63,784 nucleotides of DNA, filler included, from Circinaria calcarea (GCA_051942165.1; 37 parts of 37 records of this genome joined end to end with filler, not necessarily neighbours in it); one strand, 5' to 3'. Numbered from the whole stretch's first letter, positions 49,795-62,173 are shown. A program made the numbers and translations. The notes: generated from the letters alone by a model not told the origin.

Positions 49795-49952
49795 CTTAGC
49801 AGTTGTGTTAGTACCTTTATGGGCGTGCAAGAACACCTCGCGATATTAGCACCTCGTGTTTCTGTTAGTGCCTCGTGGGACATGTTCAGCACCTCGCGTT
49901 TATGTTAGAAACCTCGTGGTCAAAGTTAGCACCTTGTGTGGTGATGTTAGGA
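49795..49952. repeat. Array of 7-8 degenerate GTTAGCACCTCGTG motifs at ~20-bp spacing
   Basis: Copies at ~49807, 49829, 49845, 49864, 49884, 49904 and 49925, plus a partial copy at 49946. Confidence 0.85.
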
Positions 49953-50164
49953 TGGTGTGGGAAAAGTCGCAAAAATTCGGGTGTGGGTTGTAGATCATCA
50001 CTAGGGCTAGAACATATATTTGGTGTTGACTTGACTGGAGCACTACCCCTATGGTGTTTGGCGGNNNNNNNNNNNNNNNNNNNNNNNNNNNNNNNNNNNN
50101 NNNNNNNNTTAATTAATTAANNNNNNNNNNNNNNNNNNNNNNNNNNNNNNNNNNNNNNNNNNNN

Positions 50165-50341
50165 GGAGCTTGTCTGCAATCCCGACGCGAGCGCTTCGCA
50201 TCCGAGCATCAGAGCGATCTCATGGACCAAGGCCTTTGTCTCTCGGGCATTGGTACCCTTGGAGCGGAGTTGTGATAGCTTTGCGCGGAGACAAGGGTGT
50301 TGCGAAACGTGGACGTTGGAGGGTAGGGATGAGGAAGCCAT
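50165..50341 (-). CDS. Uracil phosphoribosyltransferase, N-terminus
   Basis: LPSNVHVSQHPCLRAKLSQLRS..ETKALVHEIALMLGCEAL. Confidence 0.85.
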
Positions 50342-50634
50342 TGAAGTTTTTATTCCTTACCAAAAGGGTTTGTGTGATGATGGAAGATGTACCCAGAGAG
50401 CGAACTGCGGAGGATATAATGCTGAGGCTGCAATGGAGGATTCCTGGAGTCTGAAGTCTGAACCCGAACATCAATAGGCGATAACGGAAGCTCTGTTATC
50501 GGACTAGCGCTAGCTGCTAGAATGACGTTTGGCGCGCGTTTATCAGTACTGCGAGACATCAACTAATCCAAGTAATCTTCCGAGAAGAATTCCCACCCTT
50601 GAGACGGTCTGGTACTATCAATGGCAATGGGAAT

Positions 50635-51782
50635 ATGGCACTTAGAGGATGCGATGAGCCGGATAACGAGAGAAATCTGAACGAAGTCAGGGCCCCATTA
50701 TCGGTGAACAACCTTGAGGCGCATGAGGACTATATCCACAAGTCTCTAGAAGACTTAAGAGGCGATTGTAAGAGTAGTAGGTATAGAAAAGTTGAAGGCT
50801 CAGAAACACAGCAGACACATAAAAGTCAGGCAAGGCGGCATAAGGATGAGGAGGCAAACACAGACCTCACGGAGGTTGCTGCACCTCCACCAGCGGACCG
50901 AGAAAACGAAGAACCCAGGGTAACTAATGGGCCGTCTAGCCTTTCAAGTCAACTTCGAGATCATTCAAGGAATCCAGAGCCTGCTACCGTCGGTAATTCT
51001 GCTTCAAGGCTTGAAACCGAAATATACACAGTTTCCTACTTGATATTCTTCTCCATCCTAGGCACCTTGGCTCGACTAGGTCTCCAAGCCCTAACATTTT
51101 ACCCTGGCGCGCCCGTCCATACAGGCGTTCTATGGGCCAATTTCGCTGGTAGTCTCATCATGGGATTCCTCTCCGAAGACCGCAAACTCTTCTGCGAAGA
51201 AGGGTGTTCGTCCTCGCCCTCTAAACCTAAAATACCCCGTTGCCAACCCCCTTTGCCTCCTGGAGATGAAGAAAAGCCACCACTCGAAGTCGAGCTCATC
51301 GCTCAAAGAAGAAAACACACCACTGCTAAAAAGACAATTCCCCTCTATATCGGCCTCGCAACCGGTTTCTGCGGCTCCTTTACCTCTTTCTCCTCCTTCA
51401 TCCGTGACGTCTTCCTCGCCCTTTTCAATACTCTCCCTAACCCCTCCACCACCAACCCCATCTCCCGCTCAGGTGGCTACTCCTTCCTCGCCCTCCTCGC
51501 CGTCATCATCCTCACCATCTTCCTCTGCCTCTCCGCCCTCCAATTTGGGGCCCACATCGCCCTCGCACTAGACCCTTACACACCTACCCTCCCGTCCGCC
51601 CAAACCCGCCGCTTCGTCGACCGTGCTATCGTCATCCTAGCCCTTGCTGCATGGCTAGCCTCACTCCTACTCTCCATCTTCCCTCCTCCCACCCACTTCT
51701 CCTGGCGCGCTCAAGCCCTCTTCGCCCTCGTCTTCGCACCCCCAGGCTGTCTCCTCCGCTTCTACCTCTCCCGCGCCTTCAA
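50635..51782 (+). CDS. FEX1: Fluoride export protein (FEX/CrcB family), 3'-partial
   Basis: FSILGTLARLGL, LWANFAGSLIMGFL, LYIGLATGFCGSFTSFSSF and APPGCLLRFYL. Start codon uncertain. Confidence 0.9.
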
Positions 51783-52412
51783 NNNNNNNNNNNNNNNNNN
51801 NNNNNNNNNNNNNNNNNNNNNNNNNNTTAATTAATTAANNNNNNNNNNNNNNNNNNNNNNNNNNNNNNNNNNNNNNNNNNNNCCCCCCTTCCCCCCCCGT
51901 TTTCGCTCTCGCTCTCGCTCTCCCACACTTCGATTGATAACCCTCAGGATTCCCACTCGAGTGATCATATATATCAACCAGAGTTAAGAGTTAAGAAGTT
52001 TCCTGGGCTGGGGGTACATGTACATGCAACAGCTGTGAACGGAGCGGCGAAAGGAGTGTAAATAAGAGGGAGGGGGGGGGGTAGGTATTTTTTTTTTTCC
52101 CCTTCGCAAAGAGGTACCAGTACTCAGGGGAAAGAAAAAGGTATGATGGGAAAATGGACGTTAAAGATGCTTCCCCCCTCCAGCAGTCAGTCTTTTCGGA
52201 TAAAATCCAAAAAAAGGGACATGATTTGGATATCTATCCATAGGAAAGCTATAGATATATATCATGGCCAAAGCCAAAAATAAAGCAAACTCGAAACCGG
52301 ACCCTCCCACTCCAGCATCACTTCTCCCTCCCCAAGTTAACAATAAGAAAGTCCCCCAACCTTTTCCCAAAACCCCCTTTTAACCACTTTCTCTTCACAA
52401 ACCATAGAATAG

Positions 52413-53499
52413 CTACTCCACCATCCAATACCCCCCACAAAAGCACGTCCGTTGCATATTCAACAACCATACGCTAACTCCCCTCACCGGCGGCAGATCC
52501 TCCATCTGACTCCCGCATCGCGTGCAGACCCTGATCTTGGTCTTTCCCTTGGCCAGCACGATTTTCCGCACCGCATCCAGCGTATGTGTCCGATGCCAGT
52601 TTTTACATTTCCGGTCGTCACCGAGGCCTAGACGACTGGTATCGGCGAAATATAATTCGGCCTCGTCGATGTCGTCTTTGAGTTTTTCGACCGAGGCGGC
52701 AAGAAGTTTCTCCACCACTGGCATCAGGGCGTCGGGTATGACGCCTTCGACCAGCATTTGCCGCTCGAGTTCCTGACGGCTAGAGTCAGAAAAGCCCTTA
52801 CCGCTACCGTTGTCGCCGGTGGGTTGGTAGATCTTCTTGATACCAGATTCGACCTCGGCAAGGATCCTTTCAAATTGCTGTGCGCTGACGTGACTTTTAG
52901 CGACTATGGCGAGGAGATCACGAGAGGCGGCCCCCGCAATAGCGGCCGAAGGGGAAGAGATGGGGTTTTGGAGGTAGGTGGTTGCAATATTGGAGATGCC
53001 GCGGAGACCGCGGCAGTTATATTTTAAAATGGTGCGGGAGCAGGAGACCAGGACAAGAGAGAGAGCGGGGGAGTTGAGCGTACGGACTAGGACAGTTTGA
53101 TCGTTAGACTTATAGTCACAAGAGTTTTCAGGGAAGCGAGAACGTAAATAACCACCTTTGTTCTGAATAAATTCAGGGTCAAATGTTTGTGAGTGGTCGG
53201 AAAGCTGACGATTGAGCTCTAGAAGCTGGTCGACAATATATTCCATTAACGATATCGACCATTCGACAATACCTATCATTGATTGGAGAATCTCTGTGTC
53301 ATGATTAGTTTGTACGAAAAGAATCGAACAGAATCCCTAGATACATACCTGGCTTATAGATTTCACTCTCCGGCGATGAAGGACCATTGGATCTTGAGAA
53401 GGCAAAAGCAATCATGATAGCAATCATTCGTAGATTCAGCAATGTCCAAGCTAGCTTAGACGGTATATCTCGATTCCCATTGCGGCCTTTGAAGCCTAG
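52413..53499 (-). CDS. MED16: Mediator subunit Med16 (Sin4), C-terminal part; introns include 53087-53155
   Basis: WSISLMEYIVD, SRTILKYNCRGL, RQELERQML, LDAVRK and RVCTRCGSQMED..QRTCFCGGYW. Confidence 0.85.
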
Positions 53500-53599
53500 N
53501 NNNNNNNNNNNNNNNNNNNNNNNNNNNNNNNNNNNNNNNNNNNTTAATTAATTAANNNNNNNNNNNNNNNNNNNNNNNNNNNNNNNNNNNNNNNNNNNN

Positions 53600-55215
53600 G
53601 CATCCATGACCGAAACCAGCTTCCTTGGAAAGGATTTTCTAGCCGCGGCCTCCTTGCAAATCTTCCACACCTTCACCACCGGAGGGTCCGGATTGGCCAC
53701 GTAGTCGGGCAAGAATGTTGCCGGATCCCGATTCGCGATAGTTTTCTTCACACCGTATCTATCTTGTTGGAGACTTGGAGCTTCGTCGGTATAGTGCCGG
53801 ACGTATAGAGAATCCGCCAGCTCGAGTGGAGTCTGGCCCATTGCATTCTCATAAAACAAGAGGGAAGGATCCATCTTGATGATAACGTCCACATGTCCAC
53901 AGGCATTCTCCTTCATGGCTTGATGCAACGGAAGCTGCCCACTGCCATCCATGGTGCGAAGTTCGTCCCCACGTAGGAATTGGGATAAAGACTCCAACGT
54001 TGCCGGTTCTATCTTACTCTCACCTCCATATCGAGACCGAAGGTCTAGAAGCCACCCCGCCAAAGAGGTCAAAGGGGCCGGGCCTTCCTGACAGCGTTCT
54101 AGAAATAGGCTTGGAAGAATCTGCTTATCAATCAACTGGATTAGAGCATGCAGGTTGTCAAGATACGATAGTAGTTTGGCCTCCACATCGCAAAGGGCAA
54201 GATGGAGGATGTTCCTCCCGATCAGATCTCTCGTGGTTTGATCTGCCCCAGCCGTAATCAACGTCTCGGCGATCTCCACCTTACCTAGGGAGAATGCTAA
54301 ACTGAGAGGGGTATGGCCGCTAATGGATCTAGACTCTAGAGACTCTGGAATGGCCTTGATTAGATATTTGATGAGGTTTGGAGAAGACTTCTGTGACATC
54401 ACAGCGCAATGGAGAGCTAGATGACCTGTGTATTAACTATTAGTAACTTTCGTTCGATTATAGAAAAGCTTCCTTACGTCGCGTTCCTAACCAATTGTCT
54501 ATGGCTTGATCGAGGCTTCCAGGCGGTAATGAAAGCGAAGCTTGTTGACTTGCAGCGAATGTCTTGTATAGCCTCGAAGGCGTGTCGCTCAAGAACCATT
54601 CCACAGATGCCAGGCTACCTCGATAGCATGCCTGCAACAGCGGAGGTGGATTCGCTTGGCTCTGCTTTGATTGATTCCTTCCTGCGGCACCTTCTTGAGC
54701 CCACTTCGTATTTTTGCTGCCGCGAATTGTAAGACCTTGGTAATACTATATAAAGTCAGTAACAAGGAATCTTCAAGACTATCACTTCGACTCTGGTTGG
54801 TAGCTTATGTTGACGCTTCGCTACAATTTTGTATGAAACGAGCAACTAGCAAGGTGGGCAATGGCAATAAAACTGATAGCTTCCTCCCACAGTGATAATC
54901 TAAAGTGTTGCTGGTGGTCCAAGGAAAAATAGATTAGGACATGGGGTGGGACTAACCTTAGGCTTTTCCGCTTCATTCGCTCCGGACTCCATTTGCTTTA
55001 CCAAAATTTCAAGCTGCAATTCTGCCCCCGTACTTTGAATGAGCTCAGCGGCCATATCCAAATAACCTTTCTCGAGTATATCAGTAAAGTCTGCCGGATG
55101 AACGACAGCACTACTCAGTCCATATAAGAAGGATTCGGACGATAGGATTGCTTTGCCGCAATTGATCAAGTACCGTAGAAGTGAAAGGTCATGTTTCGTG
55201 ATAGCCAGCGAGATC
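53600..55215 (-). CDS. Large ankyrin-repeat protein, internal multi-exon fragment
   Basis: LALHCAV, GHTPLSLA, GADQTTRD..GRNILHLA, GQLPLHQA and GQTPLELA. Confidence 0.8.
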
Positions 55216-56333
55216 NNNNNNNNNNNNNNNNNNNNNNNNNNNNNNNNNNNNNNNNNNNNTTAATTAATTAANNNNNNNNNNNNNNNNNNNNNNNNNNNNN
55301 NNNNNNNNNNNNNNNTACAGCAGTGCAGAAGCAGTATTAAATTCAGCTACCTCTATGATCTCCATATGCGCATTTGCACTGTAGCAGTCAGTTTATGCCA
55401 AAATATTATCTGATCTCTTAGTTCCTCTAGGACACTCGAATCCCATACCCAACAGCGTCTTTGCCCTATCTATTCCTCAGAAGCATAGCGGGAAACACCT
55501 TACCATATTTCCTTCACACAAGAGATTGAGGAACGAAAAAATCTATGCTGCCTACTATATACATCTCTACCATCTGGCATGGAAACAACAACTCATCGAA
55601 AGGGGGGTTTTTGAAAAGGCTGAGGATATTACTGATACGATTCGTTGTTAAATTTCCATGATTTTGAATTGGGAATTCCCCTTTTTTCGCTGGAGAAACC
55701 GTTTTGTAAGCAGATTAGGTATACGTTATACGTCATATATAGCCCGAACTTGCGTTTATGGATTAGTGTTTTCGTTCGGGGAGGGGGGGAAGCATGGCCG
55801 CTTTTCTTTTTACATAAAGGGAGCAGCAATGGGAGCACGTACTATGGAGGGAGTATGAGAGGGGCAGCCGAAATTGGCCGCTTTGAGCTCGGGGTCTTGA
55901 GTTACCTATGGTACGTTATTTTCACAATAGCGGGCACACCTATAATAAGCAAAAAGATTCTAATGGCTGGAGAAGCGCCCACCAGCCGCTGCTAGTGGCC
56001 ATGTGGCGATGAAAAGCAACAGCGATAAGCAAGTGCAAGCATCATACTCCGTAGCGGATTGGCAAGATTGTTGATGCCATGAGAAATGAGATTGACCGCA
56101 ATGTTTAACTAATGCGGTTCCGATTATTATGATCTCTTGAAAGTATACTTCTAATGAAATTAGTCCTACAATATCTACTGTGCTTGTGGGGTTCTTGGGC
56201 TATTCGGTCACGTTATTATTGGACTCGATGGCTTTTTGTCGCGCAAGTCACAGGTACAGCGATTGAATGTGAACTTGATTTGCGTGGCAAGTAACTAACC
56301 AACTAAGCTGCTACACATGCGAGCAAGCCTCGT

Positions 56334-56931
56334 TCATCTTCTGACGGCAAAGACAGGCCGGACCTCAAAGCTGCGGATGTTGTTCTTGACAAGCTCTTCG
56401 CCTAGCCCTTTGTTAGCCTCCCCTAACAGCCTGTACAGGGCCTCGTTGCCGATATTCTCGCTATTTCCAAGGTCAAAACCACCACGATCATGATTCCAGA
56501 GGAACACCTCTCCCTGTCTGCTCTCGAGCTCCCACCGGCGCTGCACCTTCATATCGTTATTCGCGGACTGCAAATCCGGCTGCGTGTCGACGATAATAAA
56601 TAACACTTTGAGTTGAGAGAAATCCTGATCCTGTGTGTTTTCCGCAAGTCAGACACAGACCTGGCTTTCAAGAAAAAAAGAAAGAAATGAAAATGGTAAT
56701 TACCAATGTCTCGGCTAGTGCAGCGGCGACCTCACTCCGAAACAGCGCCTCAGGCACGGCGATGTGCGTAACATCGGCTGTTATAACGGCGAGAAGCTTC
56801 TCGAAGAGATCCGGTTGGAACATTCGATCGTAATACTCGCACTTAAACTCATCCCATTTGTCAAGCGCAATATACAGCACATCACGTATTGGGTTAAAAG
56901 GGCACACCAAGACAGGAGACCGTTTATCCTC
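56334..56931 (-). CDS. Hypothetical fungal protein (2EXR-like tail), C-terminal two exons
   Basis: FNPIRDVLY..VTHIAVPE..LKVLFIIV pattern. Two ORFs are separated by a probable intron at ~56650-56700. Confidence 0.45.
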
Positions 56932-57074
56932 NNNNNNNNNNNNNNNNNNNNNNNNNNNNNNNNNNNNNNNNNNNNTTAATTAATTAANNNNNNNNNNNNN
57001 NNNNNNNNNNNNNNNNNNNNNNNNNNNNNNNGTCGACACTACCTTCGACCATACATGCAGCATTCAACTTCATC

Positions 57075-57491
57075 ATGGCTGCACTAAGTACAATCACTCC
57101 GTCAGTCATCATCTCTTTAGCCTACCGCCTCTTCGTGCTTTACGCGTCTACGCGGATTATTCCCGCTGTTCGCGAATCAGGAGCTCGTACGTTATCGCAA
57201 GAAGCGTCTCTAGAAGATTCCGACGGTGCAGGCCAGATTCTTGGCCTTCTTAGCTGGTTTAGCCCGAGCATTCTGATTGCTGTCTATACAAGTCTCCTGA
57301 TGCAGCACTTTGCATCTACTAGCGGCGAAGGAGGCGGTGGGGAATGGTGGACGAGTCAAGGTGGAGACGCAGGTGGTAACCTATGGAGATGGATTAATGT
57401 TGCCGGGACTATGGCCCTCTATGCCTTGGAATTACACCTTGGAAAGGAGGACGTGGATGCCGGCTTGACTGGACATTGGAAGGCGGATTGA
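57075..57491 (+). CDS. Small hypothetical membrane protein (138 aa, about 3 hydrophobic segments)
   Basis: Complete ATG-to-TGA ORF in a good start context (TCATCATGG) with protein-like composition. Confidence 0.7.
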   Translation: MAALSTITPSVIISLAYRLFVLYASTRIIPAVRESGARTLSQEASLEDSDGAGQILGLLSWFSPSILIAVYTSLLMQHFASTSGEGGGGEWWTSQGGDAGGNLWRWINVAGTMALYALELHLGKEDVDAGLTGHWKAD

Positions 57492-58398
57492 AAAGCCTTA
57501 TCAATCGCCATGCGAGAGACCAAATTTACCCAGCAATCATCAACCATTCCCGCTCTCATTAACAAGGGAGCAATGAGAGTCTCTAGCTCATCACTCGCGG
57601 CTTTACGTCGACTGCAGTGTGGTTACACTGCTGAGGCTGACGGTGTCTGTTAACCCAACCTTACCCCTACAGAGAGAACAGTTCCCTTTCTCCGCAGAGA
57701 AGCTGAGATATGGACGGAAGAAAGGTGGTCAAATGGTCCAAGGAGCCCACGCATGCCGCCATCACCATTTGCAGAAGATGGAGTTATCAAGGGCCGTATT
57801 GGCATGTCAGATATGGCACCATATGGACTGGTAGAGAGCCGGGTGCTATACCTACTAATTGGCGGTGTATCTACCATGGTGCCCATACAATCGTGTATAT
57901 AGTTTTCTTTCTCCGAGTATAGTAATGGTATGGTACGAAATGTATGCATGATGCCTATCTCCACGTCGTCTGTTACAGTCCGCTCTGAATGCCGAGGAAT
58001 CGGCCCATTACTCGTATTCACATGACACTAAGTTTTTAGCTCGGAACTCTTGAAGTATTCAGGCCCAGCAGACACTACGGATTCCTCGGTTTATTAGATA
58101 TGGATCGATTTATATTTGGTATGAACTGACGATCACTACCAGACGACTTGAGAGCCTTTTGTCTGCTTTCATATGTTTAAATAGTTTCGCTTGAGTCGGA
58201 ACCTTGATATTCTCACGAGGGTACATCCCAGCTGCGCTTTAAGAATAGCAGCCACAAGAAACCTTTTCAACGCTGTTTTCCTTTTTGTAAAACGGTAAAT
58301 AAGCGCTCATGTGGTTCTTATCGGTTACACATTGCATAATCAACCATTGCTGACTGCCATCGTTCTGCATTTTACGTACCTTTTCTATATCATCTATA

Positions 58399-58647
58399 AT
58401 GCGTGATAATACCCCTCGAGTTTACCTTGCTCGTCATGGTGAAACCGAATGGACGATAAACGGCCGCTACACCGGCTGCACAGATCTAGCACTTACCGAC
58501 CATGGAATCAAGCAAGTCCTAGCGACGGGCACTTCCATTGTTGGATCTGGAAAGCTGATTGACCCTTCCAACCTCGCTCGTGTTTTCATCAGTCCTAGGC
58601 AAAGGGCCCAGACTACCTTCAATCTCCTCGTACCGGATAACGTACGC
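58399..58647 (+). CDS. Histidine phosphatase/phosphoglycerate mutase family (Shb17-like), N-terminus
   Basis: TPRVYLARHGETEWTINGRYTG.TDL.LT..G and SPRQRAQTT. Confidence 0.9.
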
Positions 58648-58784
58648 NNNNNNNNNNNNNNNNNNNNNNNNNNNNNNNNNNNNNNNNNNNNTTAATTAAT
58701 TAANNNNNNNNNNNNNNNNNNNNNNNNNNNNNNNNNNNNNNNNNNNNCCGTTCAGAAACTTTTGACAGTTGGGGGCAAAAGTGT

Positions 58785-59071
58785 AGGCGCATTTTCAGGG
58801 AAGTTTGTTTTCAGGGGGGATCTCCGCAAGGGTTAGACAAAGGGATTAGCTATGATATATAGCCGTACCATAGTAATTTGCTAGTAAACACTATCTTTGT
58901 TTGCGCGTCTCCCACTTTACGTCGAAGAATTTCCATCGGGGCAGTACAGTAGTACGTTCCAACAGGTAAACAGAGATAGTGTTTACTAGCAATTTACTAT
59001 GGTACGGCTGTCCTGGCTAGCGCCTTCGTCTAACCCTTTGCGGAGATCGGGCCCCTATGAAAAAAGCGCCT
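58785..59071. mobile_element. Foldback/nested MITE-like inverted-repeat element
   Basis: Inner arms 58861-58902 and 58968-59009 match at 40/42. Outer arms GATCTCCGCAAGGGTTAGAC and GTCTAACCCTTTGCGGAGATC. Confidence 0.8.
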
Positions 59072-59963
59072 ATTGTGTAATTTTTGCGCTTAAGTGTTAG
59101 CGCTAAAGGATATACTATCCCGCACAGGCAGTCAAGGTCCATCTGCGGCCGAACAGCCTTCAAAATTGTTTACTTCTCCGTTAGAATTTGTGTTGGTAAG
59201 CTATGCTTTCGGCATTGCTTCGTGTGAGGACATTCGTAGCACTTGACTTGCATGTTTCATGTCATCGTGCTCTCACAAGCTTAGCTTGTCCAGATATCTC
59301 CTTGGTCAGGACGACCAGCTACAATAGGATCGATCTCGGAGAATACTTTGTTACATCTGCACCTCTGCTGTAACGCTATGTTTGTTGTATATAATCCGAC
59401 CCCAAGGCTCAGCAGATGAGATGATCAAGGGACACCGTCGAAAGGAGTTGTACTTGCCTATCAAGCCAACTCATGGCTTGGAATTGAGCTACTTAGTGTT
59501 GATACCCAACTGGTCTTTGTCAGCCTCGTTGTTCCTGCGGATGAAGCAAGCTGGGCTCGTTATACTTGATTCAACAGACAACAGCTCCAAGGATAGCGAT
59601 GCAGAGATCTCCACAACTACTTACTCCAACTAGATCCAACCCTCGGAAAGGTATATTGTGGGAAGTGAGCTTACATGTATGGTGTTGATGTTGGCAATGA
59701 ATAGCCATGCTTCCAACCGGGGGAAGTGGGACAGACCCGCAGAGAAGACGGTATAAACCTCCGTCGACCCCGAAAGTAATCTCAACACCAGCACTACAAG
59801 CATCACACACAGCAACGATCGACAACTATCTCCATCTTTCAAATCTCCCTTCAGACTTCTAACATTTCAGAGCTATCTTATCTGTTGACCAGATCCTAGC
59901 CTCTTTCCAAGTCCCAAAACTTCCTCCTGCCAAAAGGAAATTCCTTCTCAAACCTTATCAATC

Positions 59964-60360
59964 ATGCAGTTCTCCATCGCTCTCATCGCCCTCGTCTCTA
60001 CCCTCACCCTCACCTCCGCCTACGCAGTTGAACCTAACCATCACTACGCTCGCGATGCTGCCCCAGACGCCGGTGACGTTCGTGCCCGTGAAGCCTACGA
60101 GCAGCGTGGGATGGTGATTCCCCCTTTCATCCAATCCACAACTTACCCTGTCCCATACTCTTGCGTACTAATCATATAATAGCTTCTCCCGCGCATGCCA
60201 GGCCGCCTCCTCTGCAATCACATAACCTGTACCCCCGGCACCAGTTCCTGCCCGAGCTGGTGCTATGCCGTGTGTCCTAGTGTGGGCACATGCTCCACCC
60301 CGCCTCCGGCACGGCCTCTGCCAGCTCCACCTGCAGCAGGTCGGGGTGGACGCCGCAACT
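59964..60360 (+). CDS. Small secreted cysteine-rich prepro-peptide; intron 60114-60182; stop codon not reached
   Basis: Signal peptide MQFSIALIALVSTLTLTSAYA, a YARDA/RAREA pro-region, and an in-frame splice to a 6-Cys domain. Confidence 0.8.
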
Positions 60361-60460
60361 NNNNNNNNNNNNNNNNNNNNNNNNNNNNNNNNNNNNNNNN
60401 NNNNTTAATTAATTAANNNNNNNNNNNNNNNNNNNNNNNNNNNNNNNNNNNNNNNNNNNN

Positions 60461-60797
60461 CACAGTCGGACATGATAGAGGTACCCGACAATCTGAATAG
60501 CTCCGAGCCTATTTGGATTGGAAATCCCTTCTCCGGTGGTAGGCTTGATCTAGCCTCTTGAGGAGCATCAATCTGACGGTTCTGCGAGATATTCGGTGGA
60601 AGTCCACTCCCTCTGCTTTCAGACCGCCGTCCTGATGAATGTGAACCTGCATTAGGATTATCTGGTTTGACGTATTCGTTACTGTACAAAGCTTGAGAGG
60701 CGCTTGATCTCAAGGATTCCGCGGAGGGTCTCCGACTGAAATGTGGCGTTTGACCGACATCGGCGACCCTCCTTGTATGCTGCGCATCTTGAGACAT
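60461..60797 (-). CDS. BTB/POZ (K+ channel tetramerisation-like) domain protein, N-terminus
   Basis: LPPEKGFPIQIGSELFRLSGTSIMSD is the conserved start of the fungal YLR108C-like BTB family. Confidence 0.8.
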
Positions 60798-62173
60798 TTC
60801 AAGAGACGATCCACATCTCTCGGAAGATTCTGTATCTAAGAGCTATTCATCTGCCTCGATGCCTCGCTTTACCAGCTGGCCTTGACGTTGCCGGCCAACG
60901 ACTTGAGAGGCTGCTCTCTCTTTGCCCATCAGCACTTATGCAAGTTTGCTGTCCCAGCTAGAATGTTCGGAGATTGATCTGACTGAACCCAACAGCTTTA
61001 AGAATGGACGGGTATGTTGATTGGACCTTCTCTCGTGTACTTCGTTGGTCATCCAACAGGTTGGCAGGCGTAGCTAACGCGGTGATGTAGAAAGGATATA
61101 GCCTACTAGTTTAATTGCATCTGGCAACTGGCTTCAGTTCGCAATCTAAAAATGAGATTCTCCCGGTGGAAGGTAAAGTACTCGTTATCTTTCTACGCAC
61201 CTTAAAGATTTTCACAACTTATCCACGAGAACACTTTACTAGACCAAAGGTTCAATACTTATGGGAGATCCAAGCCCACCAGCTTCGTCACGTCACTGGC
61301 AGAGTCAACGGCATTAAACCGCAAGATGCTCGTATTCTAATAGAGCGGATACAGGTGCTGCTGTTGAGTGCTCGTTGACAGGGAGCGGAACCTGCATAAT
61401 CCTCATAAGGCTTCCACTACCACCCCCACCCTCCATTTTCAGCAGCGGCGTCGTTCCTGTTCTACGTCACACATCAAGAAAAAAGCTAAGACAACACAAG
61501 TTGCGTTACCAAGTTAATACGAGGAGTAATGACCGCACTATTAATGTATTCTTCTCGTGCTGTCTGTTCCTCACATGATTTCTTTGCATCGTTGATCGGC
61601 CGGCAATCAGCTTCACTGTGACACCCCCACGAATTCAGCTTACCATATAGTAGTCAGCACCAACCGTATCTTGGCCTACTAAGCTAATGCTGTTGTTGGA
61701 CAAACAACAAACTTGGAGGCTGCCATTTTCATCAATCTGACCGAGAATTGTATATGAGTACGCAGACTATCTGACTCCACTGCTTGCATCGCAATAAGAA
61801 CAAACCGAGGTCTCCAGATATGCCTAACTTTTTCCGATTATCACAATGACGCATTGTACTCGCCTTCGACTTCGGTAATCTTCTGAATTGCCCTCTTGTA
61901 ACCGTCAATACTTTCCAACCTTTCAACGTAGGCCCAGAGCTTTGGGAACTTCTCCTGAGTAAATCCAGATCGACCCTTACCGGCAATAAGGGGGAAGCTC
62001 ATCAAGATATCTGCACCTGTGAGCTTCTTACCACAGAGGTATTCACCTCCACCTGGAGATGTTGCAATTTGGNNNNNNNNNNNNNNNNNNNNNNNNNNNN
62101 NNNNNNNNNNNNNNNNTTAATTAATTAANNNNNNNNNNNNNNNNNNNNNNNNNNNNNNNNNNNNNNNNNNNNG

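Noticed and set aside
1644..62172. Regularly spaced TTAATTAATTAA palindromes as a biological array
   Set aside because: They sit in fixed N padding between length-sorted contigs, so they are an assembly linker. ORFs ending in X..LIN are artefacts of it.
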